A stretch of 64,000 bases of DNA from Rhodothermales bacterium (GTDB taxonomy: Bacteria; Bacteroidota; Rhodothermia; Rhodothermales; JANQRZ01), in NCBI GenBank assembly GCA_039944855.1, contig JBDUXZ010000005.1:500676-564675 (forward strand), in the 5' to 3' direction. Positions 38,873-50,691 of the stretch are shown here, piece after piece. The notes beneath the pieces are model-generated. The model did no database searches and was not told the origin of the DNA. It saw nothing but the letters and a program-made list of their open reading frames with translations. Made by a program: the position numbers and the translations under genes. Each line of letters starts with the position of its first letter. Within the stretch, counting starts at the first letter, position 1.

Positions 38873-39442
38873 ATGGCATCCACGCAGGACTTCCGCAACG
38901 GCTTCACCTTCATCTGGAACGACGCCGTCTGGCAGATCGTCGAGTTCATGCACGTCAAGCCCGGCAAGGGCGGAGCCTTCGTCCGCACGAAGCTCCGCAA
39001 CCTCCGCAACGGCAAGGTCGTCGACAACACGTTCCGCGCCGGCGAGCGCGTCGAGGACGCCCGCGTCGAGCGGCACTCGTATCAGTTCCTCTACGAGGAC
39101 GAGCTCGGCATGCACCTGATGAACACGGACACCTACGAGCAGACGACGCTGCCGGCCAATCGCGTCGAGGGCCGCGGGTTCATCAAAGAAGGCGGGAGCG
39201 TAGACCTCATCGTACACGCGGAAACCGGCGAGGCCCTCTCCGTCGAGATCCCGCGCCAGGTCGAGCTCGTCGTCGCGCAGACCGAGCCGGGGATGAAGGG
39301 CGACACGGCGACCGGCGCCACGAAGCCAGCCACACTCGAAAGTGGGGCGACGATCAACGTCCCCCTCTTCATCAACGAGGGGGACATGGTCCGGGTCGAT
39401 ACCGAGTCCGGCGCCTACCTCACCCGCGTCAGCACGAACTAA
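38873..39442 (+). CDS. efp: elongation factor P
   Basis: [38 protein letters not shown]. 189 aa. Confidence 0.95.
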   Translation: MASTQDFRNGFTFIWNDAVWQIVEFMHVKPGKGGAFVRTKLRNLRNGKVVDNTFRAGERVEDARVERHSYQFLYEDELGMHLMNTDTYEQTTLPANRVEGRGFIKEGGSVDLIVHAETGEALSVEIPRQVELVVAQTEPGMKGDTATGATKPATLESGATINVPLFINEGDMVRVDTESGAYLTRVSTN

Positions 39443-39510
39443 GCCCCTCGCGCGCGGCTCGCCGCGCCTTCGGCTCCACCCACCGTTCTCCCGTCCCAAC
39501 CGCCCCCATC

Positions 39511-40071
<561 letters not shown>

Positions 40072-40189
40072 TGCGTGGAGCGTGATGTGTGAGGCTGGGC
40101 GCGTTCGTGCTCCCTGAGCCCACGCAGCACGCCGCGTTCCTCCGGCTACGCCCCTCTCGTCTCTCTCTCATTTTCACCCCCGCCGCCGC

Positions 40190-41539
40190 GTGATAAAGAA
40201 AGTCCTCATCGCCAACCGGGGCGAGATCGCGCTCCGCATCATCCGCACCTGCCGCGAGCTCGGGGTCCAGACCGTCGCCGTCTACTCCACGGCCGACCGC
40301 GAGTCGCTCCCGGTCCGCTTCGCCGACGAGGCCGTGTGCATCGGGCCGCCGCCGTCGTCGGAGAGCTACCTCCGCACCGACCGGATCATCGCCGCCGCCG
40401 AAGTCACTGGCGCCGACGCCGTCCACCCCGGCTACGGCTTCCTCGCCGAGAACGCCGAGTTCGCGGCGATCTGCGCCGACCACGACCTCACGTTCATCGG
40501 CCCGACGCCGGACACGATCCGCCGGATGGGCGACAAGAGCGTGGCGAAGGACACGATGCGCGCCGCCGGCGTCCCCGTCGTGCCCGGCTCCGACGGCGAG
40601 ATCGAGAACGCCCACGAGGCGAAGCGCGTCGCCGCGGAGATCGGCTACCCCGTGATGATCAAGGCGTCGGCCGGCGGCGGCGGCCGGGGCATGCGGATGG
40701 CGACGAGCGAAGGCGAACTCGAGAAGATGTTCGACACGGCCAGTAACGAGGCGAAGGCGGCGTTCGGCAACGGGGCCGTCTACCTCGAGAAGTTCGTCGA
40801 GGAGCCGCGCCACATCGAGATCCAGCTCGTCGGCGACGGGCAGGGCACGGCCATCCACTTCGGCGAGCGCGAGTGCTCGATCCAGCGCCGCCACCAGAAG
40901 CTGCTCGAAGAGGCGCCGTCGCCCGTCGTGGACCCCGACCTCCGCGCGCGGATGGGCGAGGCCGCGATCGCCGGCGCCCTCGCCGTGGACTACCGCGGAG
41001 CCGGGACGGTCGAGTTTCTGCTCGACAAGCACGGCAACTTCTACTTCATGGAGATGAACACGCGGATCCAGGTCGAGCACCCCGTCACGGAGGAGGTGAC
41101 CGACACCGACCTGATCGAACTCCAGCTCGATGTGGCGAATGGGGCGAAGCTCGCCGCGCGCGACGTGATCATCGACGGCCACGCCATTGAGTGCCGGATC
41201 AACGCCGAGGACCCGTACCGCAACTTCAGCCCGTCGCCCGGCACCATCACCGGCCTCCACACGCCGAAGGGCCACGGCGTCCGCGTGGACACCCACGTCT
41301 ACGCCGGCTACCGCGTCCCGCCCTACTACGACTCGATGGTCGCCAAGCTGATCGTGCGCGCCAAGACGCGCGAGCACACGATCCGTAAGATGCGCCGCGC
41401 CCTCGACGAGTTCATCATCGAAGGCATCAAGACGACGATCCCGTTCCACCGCCAGCTCATGGACGACCCGCGCTTCCAGGCCGGCGACTTCGATACGGGC
41501 TTCCTGAACAGCTTCACCCTGAAGCCGCAGACCGACTAA
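40190..41539 (+). CDS. accC: acetyl-CoA carboxylase biotin carboxylase
   Basis: (GTG)[32 protein letters not shown] and [15 protein letters not shown]. Confidence 0.95.
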   Translation: MIKKVLIANRGEIALRIIRTCRELGVQTVAVYSTADRESLPVRFADEAVCIGPPPSSESYLRTDRIIAAAEVTGADAVHPGYGFLAENAEFAAICADHDLTFIGPTPDTIRRMGDKSVAKDTMRAAGVPVVPGSDGEIENAHEAKRVAAEIGYPVMIKASAGGGGRGMRMATSEGELEKMFDTASNEAKAAFGNGAVYLEKFVEEPRHIEIQLVGDGQGTAIHFGERECSIQRRHQKLLEEAPSPVVDPDLRARMGEAAIAGALAVDYRGAGTVEFLLDKHGNFYFMEMNTRIQVEHPVTEEVTDTDLIELQLDVANGAKLAARDVIIDGHAIECRINAEDPYRNFSPSPGTITGLHTPKGHGVRVDTHVYAGYRVPPYYDSMVAKLIVRAKTREHTIRKMRRALDEFIIEGIKTTIPFHRQLMDDPRFQAGDFDTGFLNSFTLKPQTD

Positions 41540-41540
41540 G

Positions 41541-41897
41541 ATGAGCGTCGCTGCCACTATCCTGATCGGCGTCGTGGCGGCCCTGCACGTCTACTTCCTC
41601 GTGCTCGAAATGGTGTTCTGGGACAAGCCGCTCGGGCGCCGCACGTTCGGGCTGACGCGGGAGTTCGCGGCAGAATCGAAGGCGCTCGCGGCGAACCAGG
41701 GGCTCTACAACGGCTTCCTCGCTGCCGGGCTCGTGTGGAGCCTGCTGCTCGGTGACGCCGGGACGGCCGTCGCCATTTTCTTCCTCGGCTGCGTCATCGT
41801 TGCTGGCGTGTTCGGCGCGGCGACGGTGAGCCGCAAGATCCTCTGGGTCCAGGCCCTACCCGCCGCCGTTGCCCTCGCGTTCGTGCTGCTGTCCTGA
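41541..41897 (+). CDS. DUF1304-family membrane protein
   Basis: 118 aa with 4 TM helices. HVYFLVLEMVFWDKPLGRRTFGL and NQGLYNGFLAAGL. Confidence 0.75.
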   Translation: MSVAATILIGVVAALHVYFLVLEMVFWDKPLGRRTFGLTREFAAESKALAANQGLYNGFLAAGLVWSLLLGDAGTAVAIFFLGCVIVAGVFGAATVSRKILWVQALPAAVALAFVLLS

Positions 41898-41961
41898 CCG
41901 AGATTCCGGTGGCTGAAGTACCTTTCCCTTCCCTTTCCGCAGAGACCAAGCTCCTCCGCCC

Positions 41962-42348
41962 ATGACCTTCCCCGACGACTGCCGCTACACGAAAGAACAC
42001 GAGTGGGTCCGCCTCGAAGACGACGGCACCGCCACGATCGGCATCACCGACTACGCGCAGCAGGAGCTCGGCGACATCGTCTTCGTCGAACTCGAAGAGG
42101 GGATGGAGGGCGACGCCGATGCCGTCTTCGGCACCGTCGAGGCGGTGAAGACGGTCTCTGACCTGTTCCTCCCCGTGGCCGGCACCGTCGTCGCCATCAA
42201 CGACGCGCTCGACGCCGCGCCGGAAACAGTCAACGCTGACCCCTACGGCGACGGCTGGCTCGTGAAGATCGAGCCGCGCGACGCCGCCGACCTCGACGCG
42301 CTGATGGACGCCGCCGCCTACAAGCACATGATCGGCGCCGACGCCTGA
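41962..42348 (+). CDS. gcvH: glycine cleavage system protein H
   Basis: [25 protein letters not shown], the lipoyl site [10 protein letters not shown], and DPYGDGWL. Confidence 0.93.
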   Translation: MTFPDDCRYTKEHEWVRLEDDGTATIGITDYAQQELGDIVFVELEEGMEGDADAVFGTVEAVKTVSDLFLPVAGTVVAINDALDAAPETVNADPYGDGWLVKIEPRDAADLDALMDAAAYKHMIGADA

Positions 42349-42392
42349 GCCGGACGTATCTTTCCGCATCGGTCCCGTCGGGGCGCACGGCC

Positions 42393-44006
42393 GTGCGCCC
42401 CGACGCCGTTTACCCCCCGCCGCCAACGCTCGCCGCCGTGCACGAAACGATCGTCATCCTCGACTTCGGCTCGCAGACCACCCAACTCATCGCCCGCCGC
42501 GTGCGCGAGGCCGGGGTCTACTGCGAGATCCACCCCTGCACCGCTCCGCTCGACGAGATCACGGCGCTGAAACCTATGGGCGTCATCCTCTCCGGCGGCC
42601 CGAACTCCGTCTACGACGAGGGCGCGCCCGACCTCGACCCTGAACTCCTCGCGCTCACGACGGGCGACGGCGGCTTCGTCCCCGTCCTCGGGATCTGCTA
42701 TGGCCTGCAGGCGATTGCCCACGAGCTCGGCGGAAGTGTGGAGCGGGCGAACCGGCGCGAGTTCGGCCGCGCCCACCTCATCGTCGACGAAGAGGCCGAG
42801 TTGTTCACGGACATTCCCGACGGCGCGACGGTGTGGATGAGCCACGGCGACCACCTCACGCGGCTGCCCGACGGCTTCCGCACGATCGCCCACACCGAGA
42901 ACGCCCCCATCGCTGCCGTCGCCGCTGCCGATCAGCCGATCTACGGCGTGCAGTTCCACCCCGAAGTCGTCCACACCGAGCCGGGGCGGAAGCTGATCGA
43001 GAACTTCGTCTACCGGGTGTGCGGGTGCAAAGGCGACTGGTCGGCGGCCTCGTTCATCGAAGACAAAAAGCGCGAAATCCAGAACGAAGTCGGCGAGGAC
43101 CACGTGATCCTCGGGCTCAGCGGCGGCGTCGATTCGTCCGTCGCGGCCGTGCTCCTGCACGAGGCCATCGGCGACGGGCTGACGTGCGTGTTCGTCGACA
43201 CCGGCCTGCTGCGGAAAGACGAGCGGGCCGAGGTCGAGCAGACCTTCCGCGAGCACTTCCACATCGACCTCATCGTCGTCGACGCGCGCGACGAGTTCAT
43301 GGACGCGCTTGCCGGCGTCGAGGACCCGGAGCAGAAGCGGAAGATCATCGGGCGGACGTTCATCGAGGTCTTCGAGGACGCGACCGAGGCCGTGACCGAG
43401 CGGCTCGGGACGAAGCCGAAGTTCCTCGCGCAGGGCACGCTCTACCCCGACGTAATCGAGAGCGTGTCGTTCAAAGGCCCGTCCGCGACGATCAAGAGCC
43501 ACCACAACGTCGGCGGCCTCCCCGAAGAGCTCGGGTTCGACTTGCTGGAGCCGTTCCGCGAACTGTTCAAAGACGAAGTCCGCGAGGTCGGCCGCCTCCT
43601 CGGCGTGCCGAAGAAAATCATCGGGCGGCACCCGTTCCCCGGCCCCGGCCTCGCCGTCCGCATCCTCGGCGCCGTCACCGCCGAGCACGCCGCGCTCTTG
43701 CAGGAGGCCGACGCCATCTTCATCGACGAGCTCAAAGCGCACGGGCTCTACGACGAGGTCTGGCAGGCGTTCGTCGTCCTGCTCCCGGTGCAGTCGGTCG
43801 GGGTGATGGGCGATGCGCGGACGTACGAGAACGCCGCCGTCCTCCGTGCCGTGACGTCCGTCGACGGCATGACGGCCGACTGGGCGCACCTCCCGTACGA
43901 CTTCCTCGGGGCCGTCTCGAACCGGATCATCAACGAGGTGCGCGGGATCAACCGCGTCGCCTACGACATCTCCTCCAAGCCGCCCGCCACGATCGAGTGG
44001 GAGTAG
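42393..44006 (+). CDS. guaA: glutamine-hydrolysing GMP synthase
   Basis: [36 protein letters not shown] and a C-terminal ATIEWE. The true start may be the in-frame GTG at 42438. Confidence 0.93.
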   Translation: MRPDAVYPPPPTLAAVHETIVILDFGSQTTQLIARRVREAGVYCEIHPCTAPLDEITALKPMGVILSGGPNSVYDEGAPDLDPELLALTTGDGGFVPVLGICYGLQAIAHELGGSVERANRREFGRAHLIVDEEAELFTDIPDGATVWMSHGDHLTRLPDGFRTIAHTENAPIAAVAAADQPIYGVQFHPEVVHTEPGRKLIENFVYRVCGCKGDWSAASFIEDKKREIQNEVGEDHVILGLSGGVDSSVAAVLLHEAIGDGLTCVFVDTGLLRKDERAEVEQTFREHFHIDLIVVDARDEFMDALAGVEDPEQKRKIIGRTFIEVFEDATEAVTERLGTKPKFLAQGTLYPDVIESVSFKGPSATIKSHHNVGGLPEELGFDLLEPFRELFKDEVREVGRLLGVPKKIIGRHPFPGPGLAVRILGAVTAEHAALLQEADAIFIDELKAHGLYDEVWQAFVVLLPVQSVGVMGDARTYENAAVLRAVTSVDGMTADWAHLPYDFLGAVSNRIINEVRGINRVAYDISSKPPATIEWE

Positions 44007-44049
44007 CTTACGTCCTTTCTGCCGCCCCCGGACCCCTTCTCCCGTCGCC

Positions 44050-45477
44050 ATGCTGATGCACCGTCTCGCCCTGCTCGCTCTGCTGCTGCTGATCGCCGTG
44101 CCCGCCGTGGCACAGCCGATGGAGGCGCCCGCGATCCCGGCGGCGCAGACGGTATTCGACAGCGGGCTCCGCTCGTATCAGGTCGGGCAGTACGGGGCCG
44201 CCGCGCAGAGCTTCGGCCGGGCCGCCAATGACTTCGAATACCACCAGCAGACGACGGCCGCGCGGCTGATGCTGGGGAAGGCGCTCTACGCGGCGGGTAA
44301 TCTCGAAGGGGCGGCCTCGGAGATGACGGCGTTCCTCCGGGCGTACCCGAAGAGCCGCTACGTGGACGATGCCCGTGCCATCCGCCGCGCTGCGGAGAGC
44401 CGGCTCGAAGCTCTCGCGGCCGTGCCTGACCCGACTGATGTTGGCATCGCGCTGCCGATGAGCGATACGGACGTGGTGTTCACGCAAGCCCTCTTCAACG
44501 GTGTCCGCCTCGCCGTCGACGAGCACAACGCGGCCGGGCCGGCGCAGCCCATTCGGATGGTCTTCCGTGACACGCAAGGGACGGAGCGCGGGGCGACGGC
44601 GGCGGTGGAGAGCCTCGCGGGATCGGGCGTCGAACTCGTCATCGGGCCGCTCTACAGTGAGGAGGCTGTGGCAGCGGGCGCGGCAGCCGAGCGCGAGCGC
44701 GTCGTCCTCATCGCGCCGCTCGCGACGGAGGAGCGCGTGTCCGAGGGCCGGCGCTACGTCTTCCAGGCGAACCCGACGTTTGACCAGCGCGGGCGGGCGA
44801 TGGCGCGCTTCGTCGCCTCCGCAGATCCCAGCCGCCGCGTTGGCGTGATCGCTCGCGTGGGCACGTTCGGGACCACGATGGCGGCGTCGTTCCAGGACGA
44901 GTTCGAGCGGCTCGGCGGGACGGTGCCGTTCGTCGAGCTACTGCCCAACGAGGGGGCGTGGTTCCGCCTCCCCGAGATCCTCGGCGACAGCCTGGAGATG
45001 GTCGACGCGCTCTACCTCCCGGTCTCCGGAGCCAAGGCGCCGGACGCGGCGGCGGGCGCGCTCCGCGGCCTCGACCAGATGCTGCCCGAGGGCGAGCGCG
45101 GCCGGATCCGCGTGTTCGGCAACACGGAGTGGGGCCAGCTCGACGCCTCGCGCCAGCGGGCCAGCCAGTACGGGACGGCGTTCACATCGGACTTCCACGT
45201 AGACGAGCGCGGCGCGGCGGCCTCGGCCTTCGTCGAGCGGTACCGCACGTTGGCCGGCGTCGCGCCGGACCGGCTCGCTTACGCCGGGTACGACATCACG
45301 AAGATGGCGCTGGCGCAGCTCGGCGAGCGGCGTTCCGAGGAATCGCTCGCGGAGACGATGCGTGGTGCTCGGCCGTACGAAGGGCTCGGCCATAGGATCT
45401 ACTTCGGCGGCGGCTCGGTGAACGAGGCCATGTTCATCCTCGGCTTCCGAGACGGCCGCCTCGTGGTGATCGAGTAG
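44050..45477 (+). CDS. secreted protein with an N-terminal TPR-like region and a type-I periplasmic-binding (Leu/Ile/Val-binding-like) domain
   Basis: Signal MLMHRLALLALLLLIAVPAVAQ. Helical repeats GQYGAAAQSF...LGKALYAAGNLEGA, then VGIALPMS...VELVIGPLYSEEA...VGVIAR. The function is not assignable. Confidence 0.68.
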   Translation: MLMHRLALLALLLLIAVPAVAQPMEAPAIPAAQTVFDSGLRSYQVGQYGAAAQSFGRAANDFEYHQQTTAARLMLGKALYAAGNLEGAASEMTAFLRAYPKSRYVDDARAIRRAAESRLEALAAVPDPTDVGIALPMSDTDVVFTQALFNGVRLAVDEHNAAGPAQPIRMVFRDTQGTERGATAAVESLAGSGVELVIGPLYSEEAVAAGAAAERERVVLIAPLATEERVSEGRRYVFQANPTFDQRGRAMARFVASADPSRRVGVIARVGTFGTTMAASFQDEFERLGGTVPFVELLPNEGAWFRLPEILGDSLEMVDALYLPVSGAKAPDAAAGALRGLDQMLPEGERGRIRVFGNTEWGQLDASRQRASQYGTAFTSDFHVDERGAAASAFVERYRTLAGVAPDRLAYAGYDITKMALAQLGERRSEESLAETMRGARPYEGLGHRIYFGGGSVNEAMFILGFRDGRLVVIE

Positions 45478-45676
45478 TGGGGGTATGGGTGTGTGGGAGT
45501 GAGATCACGTCCACGCCTCCACACGTCGCGCCCCAGCGGCAATAATCCCGTTCGCGGTGGCGTTCTGAAGCGACGAGTTCCCGCGCTTTTCAACCCGTGA
45601 GCGCGGGCTCTTCGTCCCGCCGGTGGTTTCTTACGTCCCTTCTGCCGGTCTCTCCCGTTCTGCTACCGCCGCCCTC

Positions 45677-46483
45677 ATGACGCTCCGATCCACGCTGCTC
45701 CTCCTGTTCATCGCGCTCGCCGCCGGCTGCTCCAGCGGCGGCCGGATCGACGCCGAGACGCCGGAGGCCTCCTTCGAGAAGGGGCTCGCGCTGTACGAGC
45801 GCGGCAAGTACGTGCGCGCCGTGGAGTACTTCCAGCACGTCTTCGACTTCGGCCGCACGAACCCGCACGCCGCCGACGCGCAGTACTACCTCGCGAAGGC
45901 GTACTTCGAGGACGAGCAGTTCCTCCTCGCCGCGAACGAGTTCACGCGCTTCGTCGAACTCTACCGGGGCGACGAGCGGGTGGAGGAGGGGGCGTATCTC
46001 CGGGCGATGAGCTACTACGAGCTGTCGCCGCCGTACCAACTCGACCAGACCGACACGGAGACGGCGCTGACGTACATCCGCCTCTACCTCAGCACCTATC
46101 CAAACGGCGAGCACGCGGCCGAACTGGGAACGATCACGGAGGAGCTCCGCGCGAAGCTGGCGAAGAAGCAGTTCGAGATCGCCGAGCTGTACGAGCGGCG
46201 CGAGCTGTTCGAGGCCGCCGCGATCTCGTTTGAGCAGGTGCTGGAGAAGTATCCCGACTCCAGTTACGCCGACGACGCCCTCCTCGGCGCGATTCGCAAC
46301 TACGCCGCCTTCGCCGAAGCCAGCATCCCCCAGCGGCAGCAGGAGCGCTACCAGCTTGCTGCGACGGCGTACGAACGGCTCGTCCAACTCTTCCCCCAGA
46401 GCCCGCTGCTCGGCGAGGCCGAGGTCGCTTACGCGGAAGTGGACCGCGCGCTCGAACGCTTCCGGGACCAGGCCAGCCGGTAA
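45677..46483 (+). CDS. bamD: outer membrane protein assembly factor BamD
   Basis: From ATG 45677: MTLRSTLLLLFIALAAGCSS (lipobox). FEKGLALYERGKYVRAVEYFQ and AQYYLAKAYFEDEQFLLAANEF. Confidence 0.85.
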   Translation: MTLRSTLLLLFIALAAGCSSGGRIDAETPEASFEKGLALYERGKYVRAVEYFQHVFDFGRTNPHAADAQYYLAKAYFEDEQFLLAANEFTRFVELYRGDERVEEGAYLRAMSYYELSPPYQLDQTDTETALTYIRLYLSTYPNGEHAAELGTITEELRAKLAKKQFEIAELYERRELFEAAAISFEQVLEKYPDSSYADDALLGAIRNYAAFAEASIPQRQQERYQLAATAYERLVQLFPQSPLLGEAEVAYAEVDRALERFRDQASR

Positions 46484-46495
46484 ACACGAGAGGTC

Positions 46496-47134
46496 ATGGC
46501 GAAGGACGAGGCCCATCCCGATCGCCCGCCGCTCCAGCTCCGCACGGGAGACCGCGTGGGGATCTTCGGCGGGAGCTTCAACCCGCCGCACGTCGCGCAC
46601 CTCGCCGTCGCCGAGGCCGCGCGGGACCAGGTCGGATTGGACCGCGTCGTGTGGATTCCGGCCGCGACGCCGCCGCACAAACAGCGGCAGGACCTACCCG
46701 CCGCCGAGCACCGTCTCGCGATGACGCGTCGCGCCGTCTCGGACAATGGCGCCTTCGTGGTGTCCGATTTGGAGATCGAGCGGGCGGGCGTGTCGTACAC
46801 CGTAGAGACGGTTCGGGCGTTGCAGGCGACGTATCCCGAGGTCGCGTTCCACCTCCTCGTCGGCGGCGATAGCTTCGCGCAGTTCAGCACGTGGGTGGAG
46901 CCCGGAGAGATCGCCCGCCGCGTCCCGCTCATCGTGTACCCCCGGCCCGGTGCCGACCTGTCGACGGTGTCGCCGTCGCTGATGGCGCGGGCGACGATGC
47001 TCGATCGTCCTTTGCTGGATCCCTCTAGCACGGCGCTGCGCCGCTTGCTGCGCGCGGGTCGATCGGTCCGCTATCTCGTGCCCGATGCCGTGCTGGCGTA
47101 CATCGCCGAGCACGAGTTGTACGCCGGCGCCTAG
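46496..47134 (+). CDS. nadD: nicotinate-nucleotide adenylyltransferase
   Basis: VGIFGGSFNPPHVAHL, ISSTALR-like DPSSTALRRLLRAG and YIAEHELY. Confidence 0.9.
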   Translation: MAKDEAHPDRPPLQLRTGDRVGIFGGSFNPPHVAHLAVAEAARDQVGLDRVVWIPAATPPHKQRQDLPAAEHRLAMTRRAVSDNGAFVVSDLEIERAGVSYTVETVRALQATYPEVAFHLLVGGDSFAQFSTWVEPGEIARRVPLIVYPRPGADLSTVSPSLMARATMLDRPLLDPSSTALRRLLRAGRSVRYLVPDAVLAYIAEHELYAGA

Positions 47135-47298
47135 CTCCCGAGCGCGGCGGCGACTTGCGCACCGGCGGCGAACAGCCCGACGGCGAGGGCCCAGATCAGA
47201 GCGAACAAAGCCCACGGCAGGAAGCGGCTGCGACGGGGCGGAGCGGGGAGCGGACGAGAGGTGCGCCGGAGGAGGTCGGCGGGGGCGGCGGCGGTCAT
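47131..47298 (-). CDS. possible 55-aa protein with a C-terminal TM helix
   Basis: From ATG 47298: MTAAAPADLLRRTSRPLPAPPRRSRFLPWALFALIWALAVGLFAAGAQVAAALGS. Codons have high GC3. Its stop shares a CTAG with the nadD stop. No homology was recognised. Confidence 0.3.
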   Translation of the reverse strand: MTAAAPADLLRRTSRPLPAPPRRSRFLPWALFALIWALAVGLFAAGAQVAAALGS

Positions 47299-47456
47299 GG
47301 CGGAGACGGGGAGAGTCACTACGGAGGGGTTGTAAGCAAGACGTAAAAAGAGCTTGGAAAGTCACGCCGGGCCGCAAAAAAACTTCGCCGCTCTCGCCCG
47401 TTCCGTCGTCCGTTACCTTTCCCGACCCCTCCACTTCAGCCCATCCCCTCGCTCCC

Positions 47457-49007
47457 GTGACCGATCTCGACCGCCTCCGTTCCAAAGCCGCGGGCCTCCT
47501 CGTCGTCCGCCTCGGCTCCAACATGAAACCGCCGCGCCGCGCCGAGGAAGACGCCGTTGGCGTGGCCGGTCTCCTCGACCGCTACCCCATCGGCGGCGTC
47601 ATCCTCTTCAACGGGACGTGGCCCGAGACGCGCGCCACCCTCATCGGCCTGCAGCGGCGCGCGGCGCGCCCGCTCCTCGTAATGACCGACATGGAGCGCG
47701 GGCTCGGGCAGCAGGTGGCCGGAGCAACGATGTTCCCACACGCCGCCGCCTTCGGCGCGCTCGACGATGCGGAGGAAGCGGTCGAGCGCTTCGCGCGGGC
47801 GGGGGCGCGGGAGGCCCTCGCGTGCGGCGTCCACGTCACGTTCTCACCCGTCGCCGACGTCAACCGCAACCCCGACAACCCGATCATCTCGACGCGAGCG
47901 TTCGGTGACGAGCCCGAGCCCGTGGCGGCGCTCGTGGCGGCCTACGTCCGCGGCTGTCGCGCCGAGGGCCTGCTCTCGACGGCGAAGCACTTCCCCGGCC
48001 ACGGCAACACGACGGAGGACTCGCACGCTGTCCTTCCCACGGTCAGCGATTCCCGCGACGTGCTCGAACGGACGGACTTCGTCCCCTTCCGCGCCGCCAT
48101 CGAGGCGGGCTGTGAGCTCGTGATGACAGCGCACGTCGCCTATCCCGCACTCGACCCGAGCGGGCGGCCGGCGACACTCTCGGCGCCGATCCTGCAGGGC
48201 CTGTTGCGCGACGAGCTCGGTTTCGAGGGCGTCGTGATCTCGGACAGCCTGCACATGGGCGGCATCCAGTCGGAGGGGCAGAGCGAGGTGGACCTCGCGA
48301 TCGAGCAGGTCCGCGCGGGCGTCGACCTGCTGCTCGATGCGCAGGATCCGGCGGCGATCATCGAAGGGCTCGCGGCGGCCGTCGAACGAGGCGACTTGGA
48401 CGAGGCCGTGCTGGACCGCGCGCTCGCCCGCGCCGACCGGCTCCGCGACCGGCTGACGGATCGGTTCGGCGCCGACGTGTTCACCGAGCCCGGCGAGGCC
48501 GTGGCGGCCAGCGAGGTCGGGGCCGAGGAGCACGCATGGCTGGCGACGCGGACGGCCCGCCACGCCGTCACGGGCGATGCCGTCCGGTTCGAGACGGGGG
48601 AGGGGCTGCTCGCCGTGCTCGTCAAGCCCCACGCTTCCCACCTCGACCCGCCGGAGCAGCCGCTCGGCGCGGCGCTGCGGGCGGCGCTGCCCGGCGTGAC
48701 GTACCGCGAGGTCGGGCCGGGGACGGACGCCGACGCGCGAGCAGCGATCGTCGAGGAGGCACGGGCGGCGCAGCGTGTGCTCGTCGCCCTCGTCGTCAAG
48801 CCGGCGGCGTGGCACGCGTTCGGGCTGCCGCCCGAGCAGCAGGCGTTCGTCGAAGCGCTCGTCGGGGCGCAGCCGGCCGTCGTCGCATCGCTGGGGAGCC
48901 CGCGCGTGCTGGAAGACTTCGTCGGAGCTGCCGGTCGGCTCTGCACGTTCAGCGACGCCCCCGTCGCGCAGCGCGCCCTCGCCGACGTGCTCGCGGGCGA
49001 CGCGTGA
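47457..49007 (+). CDS. glycoside hydrolase family 3 (beta-N-acetylhexosaminidase-like)
   Basis: From GTG 47457: GGVILF, SPVADVNRNPDNPIISTRAFG, KHFPGHGNTTEDSH and ISDSLHMGG. The start choice is inferred. Confidence 0.83.
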   Translation: MTDLDRLRSKAAGLLVVRLGSNMKPPRRAEEDAVGVAGLLDRYPIGGVILFNGTWPETRATLIGLQRRAARPLLVMTDMERGLGQQVAGATMFPHAAAFGALDDAEEAVERFARAGAREALACGVHVTFSPVADVNRNPDNPIISTRAFGDEPEPVAALVAAYVRGCRAEGLLSTAKHFPGHGNTTEDSHAVLPTVSDSRDVLERTDFVPFRAAIEAGCELVMTAHVAYPALDPSGRPATLSAPILQGLLRDELGFEGVVISDSLHMGGIQSEGQSEVDLAIEQVRAGVDLLLDAQDPAAIIEGLAAAVERGDLDEAVLDRALARADRLRDRLTDRFGADVFTEPGEAVAASEVGAEEHAWLATRTARHAVTGDAVRFETGEGLLAVLVKPHASHLDPPEQPLGAALRAALPGVTYREVGPGTDADARAAIVEEARAAQRVLVALVVKPAAWHAFGLPPEQQAFVEALVGAQPAVVASLGSPRVLEDFVGAAGRLCTFSDAPVAQRALADVLAGDA

Positions 49008-49150
49008 GCGCGTCGGCGAGCTAACCAAAAATTGCAGGGAAGGAGCAAGCCCGTCTCGTGCGTCGTACCATCCGATACGAGGGCCGGGCCGAACCGCGAG
49101 CCCAGCAGGAGCCCGCCCTTCCGCCCCAATCCGATCAGAACCAGCCCCCG

Positions 49151-49801
49151 ATGAGCCTATTCTCCTTTTTTACCGGCAAGCAACCTCCGCTCATCGACGA
49201 CGCCCTGCGCGCCATCGACGTGATGCTGGAGGTGTCCGGCGAGATGTTGGAAGCCTCGCTCGCGTGCCTGCTCGACAACGAAGCGCTCGAGATGGACCTC
49301 TCGGCGCGGGACGCCGAAGTGAACCAGAGTGAGCAGGAGGTCCGTCGCCTCGTGCTCGAACACCTCGCCATCGACCCGGAGCGCGAGCGGATCCAATCGC
49401 TCATCCTCGTCTCCGCCGTGCAGGAAGCGGAGCGGATCGGCGACCTCGCCAAGTCGCTCTCCGCGGCGTCCACGCTCGCCGACGCGCCCCGGCTGAGCCC
49501 GCACGCCGAGCCGTTGCGCCAGCTTCGTGACCGGCTCTTTCACATGCTCGAAGACACGCGGAAAGGCTTCGTCCAGGCGGATGCGCGCGCCGCGCGCCGC
49601 GTCATGGACGAGCACACCGAGATCAAAGGGGTCGTCGCCGACTACCTCCAACGGCTCGCGCACGCCGACGACGTGACGCCGAACGAGGCCGTCGTCTACG
49701 CCATCTCGGTTCGGATGATGAGCCGCATCTCGTCGCACCTCTCGAACATCGTCTCGTCCACCCTCGTCCCCTTCGACCAGATCCGCCGCCCCGCCTCGTA
49801 A
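49151..49801 (+). CDS. PhoU-domain protein
   Basis: From ATG 49151: two helical repeats with AVQEAERIGDLAKSL and VRMMSRISSHLSNI (PhoU-like E/D-x-x-x-D and helix pattern). Confidence 0.68.
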   Translation: MSLFSFFTGKQPPLIDDALRAIDVMLEVSGEMLEASLACLLDNEALEMDLSARDAEVNQSEQEVRRLVLEHLAIDPERERIQSLILVSAVQEAERIGDLAKSLSAASTLADAPRLSPHAEPLRQLRDRLFHMLEDTRKGFVQADARAARRVMDEHTEIKGVVADYLQRLAHADDVTPNEAVVYAISVRMMSRISSHLSNIVSSTLVPFDQIRRPAS

Positions 49802-50373
49802 TGGCCCGCACGCTCTCCGAAACCGCCGCCCCCGGCACTGCCGCCCCCGACTTCGCCCTCCCGATCGCGAACCCGGAGGTGGACGACCGCGGTGGCCCGA
49901 CCCGTCAACTGGGCGATTACGCGGAGGCCGAAGCGCTCGTCGTCGTATTCATGTGCAACCATTGCCCGTACGTCCACGCCGTCGAGGACCGGTTGACCGC
50001 GCTCGCGCGGGAGGTCGCGCCCCGCGTGCAGGTCGTCGGCATCTGCTCCAACGACGCCGAGCGCTACCCCGCCGACTCGTTCGAGGCGATGGCGGAGCGG
50101 GCGCGGGCGAAGGCGTATCCGTTCCCGTATCTCCACGACGAAAGCCAGACGGCCGCCCGCGCCTACGGAGCCGTCTGCACGCCCGACTTCTTCGTCTACG
50201 ACGCCGACCGCCGCCTCGCCTACCGAGGCCGCCTCGATGACGGTCGCCCCGGCCAGCCCGCGACGCGCCCCGACCTCCGCCGCGCGCTCGACGAACTGTT
50301 GGAGACAGGCGCGGTCACGGCCGAGCAAGTCCCGTCGATGGGGTGCAGCATCAAGTGGAAGGACCCTGCGTAG
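49801..50373 (+). CDS. thioredoxin-fold thiol-disulfide oxidoreductase family protein
   Basis: ALVVVFMCNHCPYVHAVEDRL (CxxC) and YPFPYLHDESQTAARAYGAVCTPDFFVYD. The ATG overlaps the PhoU-like TAA (TAATG). Confidence 0.8.
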   Translation: MARTLSETAAPGTAAPDFALPIANPEVDDRGGPTRQLGDYAEAEALVVVFMCNHCPYVHAVEDRLTALAREVAPRVQVVGICSNDAERYPADSFEAMAERARAKAYPFPYLHDESQTAARAYGAVCTPDFFVYDADRRLAYRGRLDDGRPGQPATRPDLRRALDELLETGAVTAEQVPSMGCSIKWKDPA

Positions 50374-50460
50374 CCCCGCCGCAAGGTGGGATTCGAAACA
50401 GCGGCGTCCGAAACATCGCAGCGGGCGTGTCCGTTTTCCCAGCGTCGCTACCGCATCTCC

Positions 50461-50676
50461 ATGACTGACCTCCCGGCCCCGCGCAGGCTGCTGCTCCTCT
50501 TCGGCTCCGTGATCGCGGCGGCCAACCTCGTCGGGTGGACCGTGGTAGATTACCTCCGTTATGGCGAGTTCACGTTCCACGGCGTTCGGATGGCCGTGTT
50601 CGTGATCTGCGCCGTCCTCGCCCTCTACATCGTGCTGCGCTTCGCCCTCCTCGCCACCCGGCAAGACGCGGCGTAG
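50461..50676 (+). CDS. small hypothetical membrane protein (71 aa, 2 TM)
   Basis: MTDLPAPRRLLLLFGSVIAAANLVGW...MAVFVICAVLALYIVLRFALL. Confidence 0.5.
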   Translation: MTDLPAPRRLLLLFGSVIAAANLVGWTVVDYLRYGEFTFHGVRMAVFVICAVLALYIVLRFALLATRQDAA

Positions 50677-50691
50677 ACCTCTCCCGCTCTC

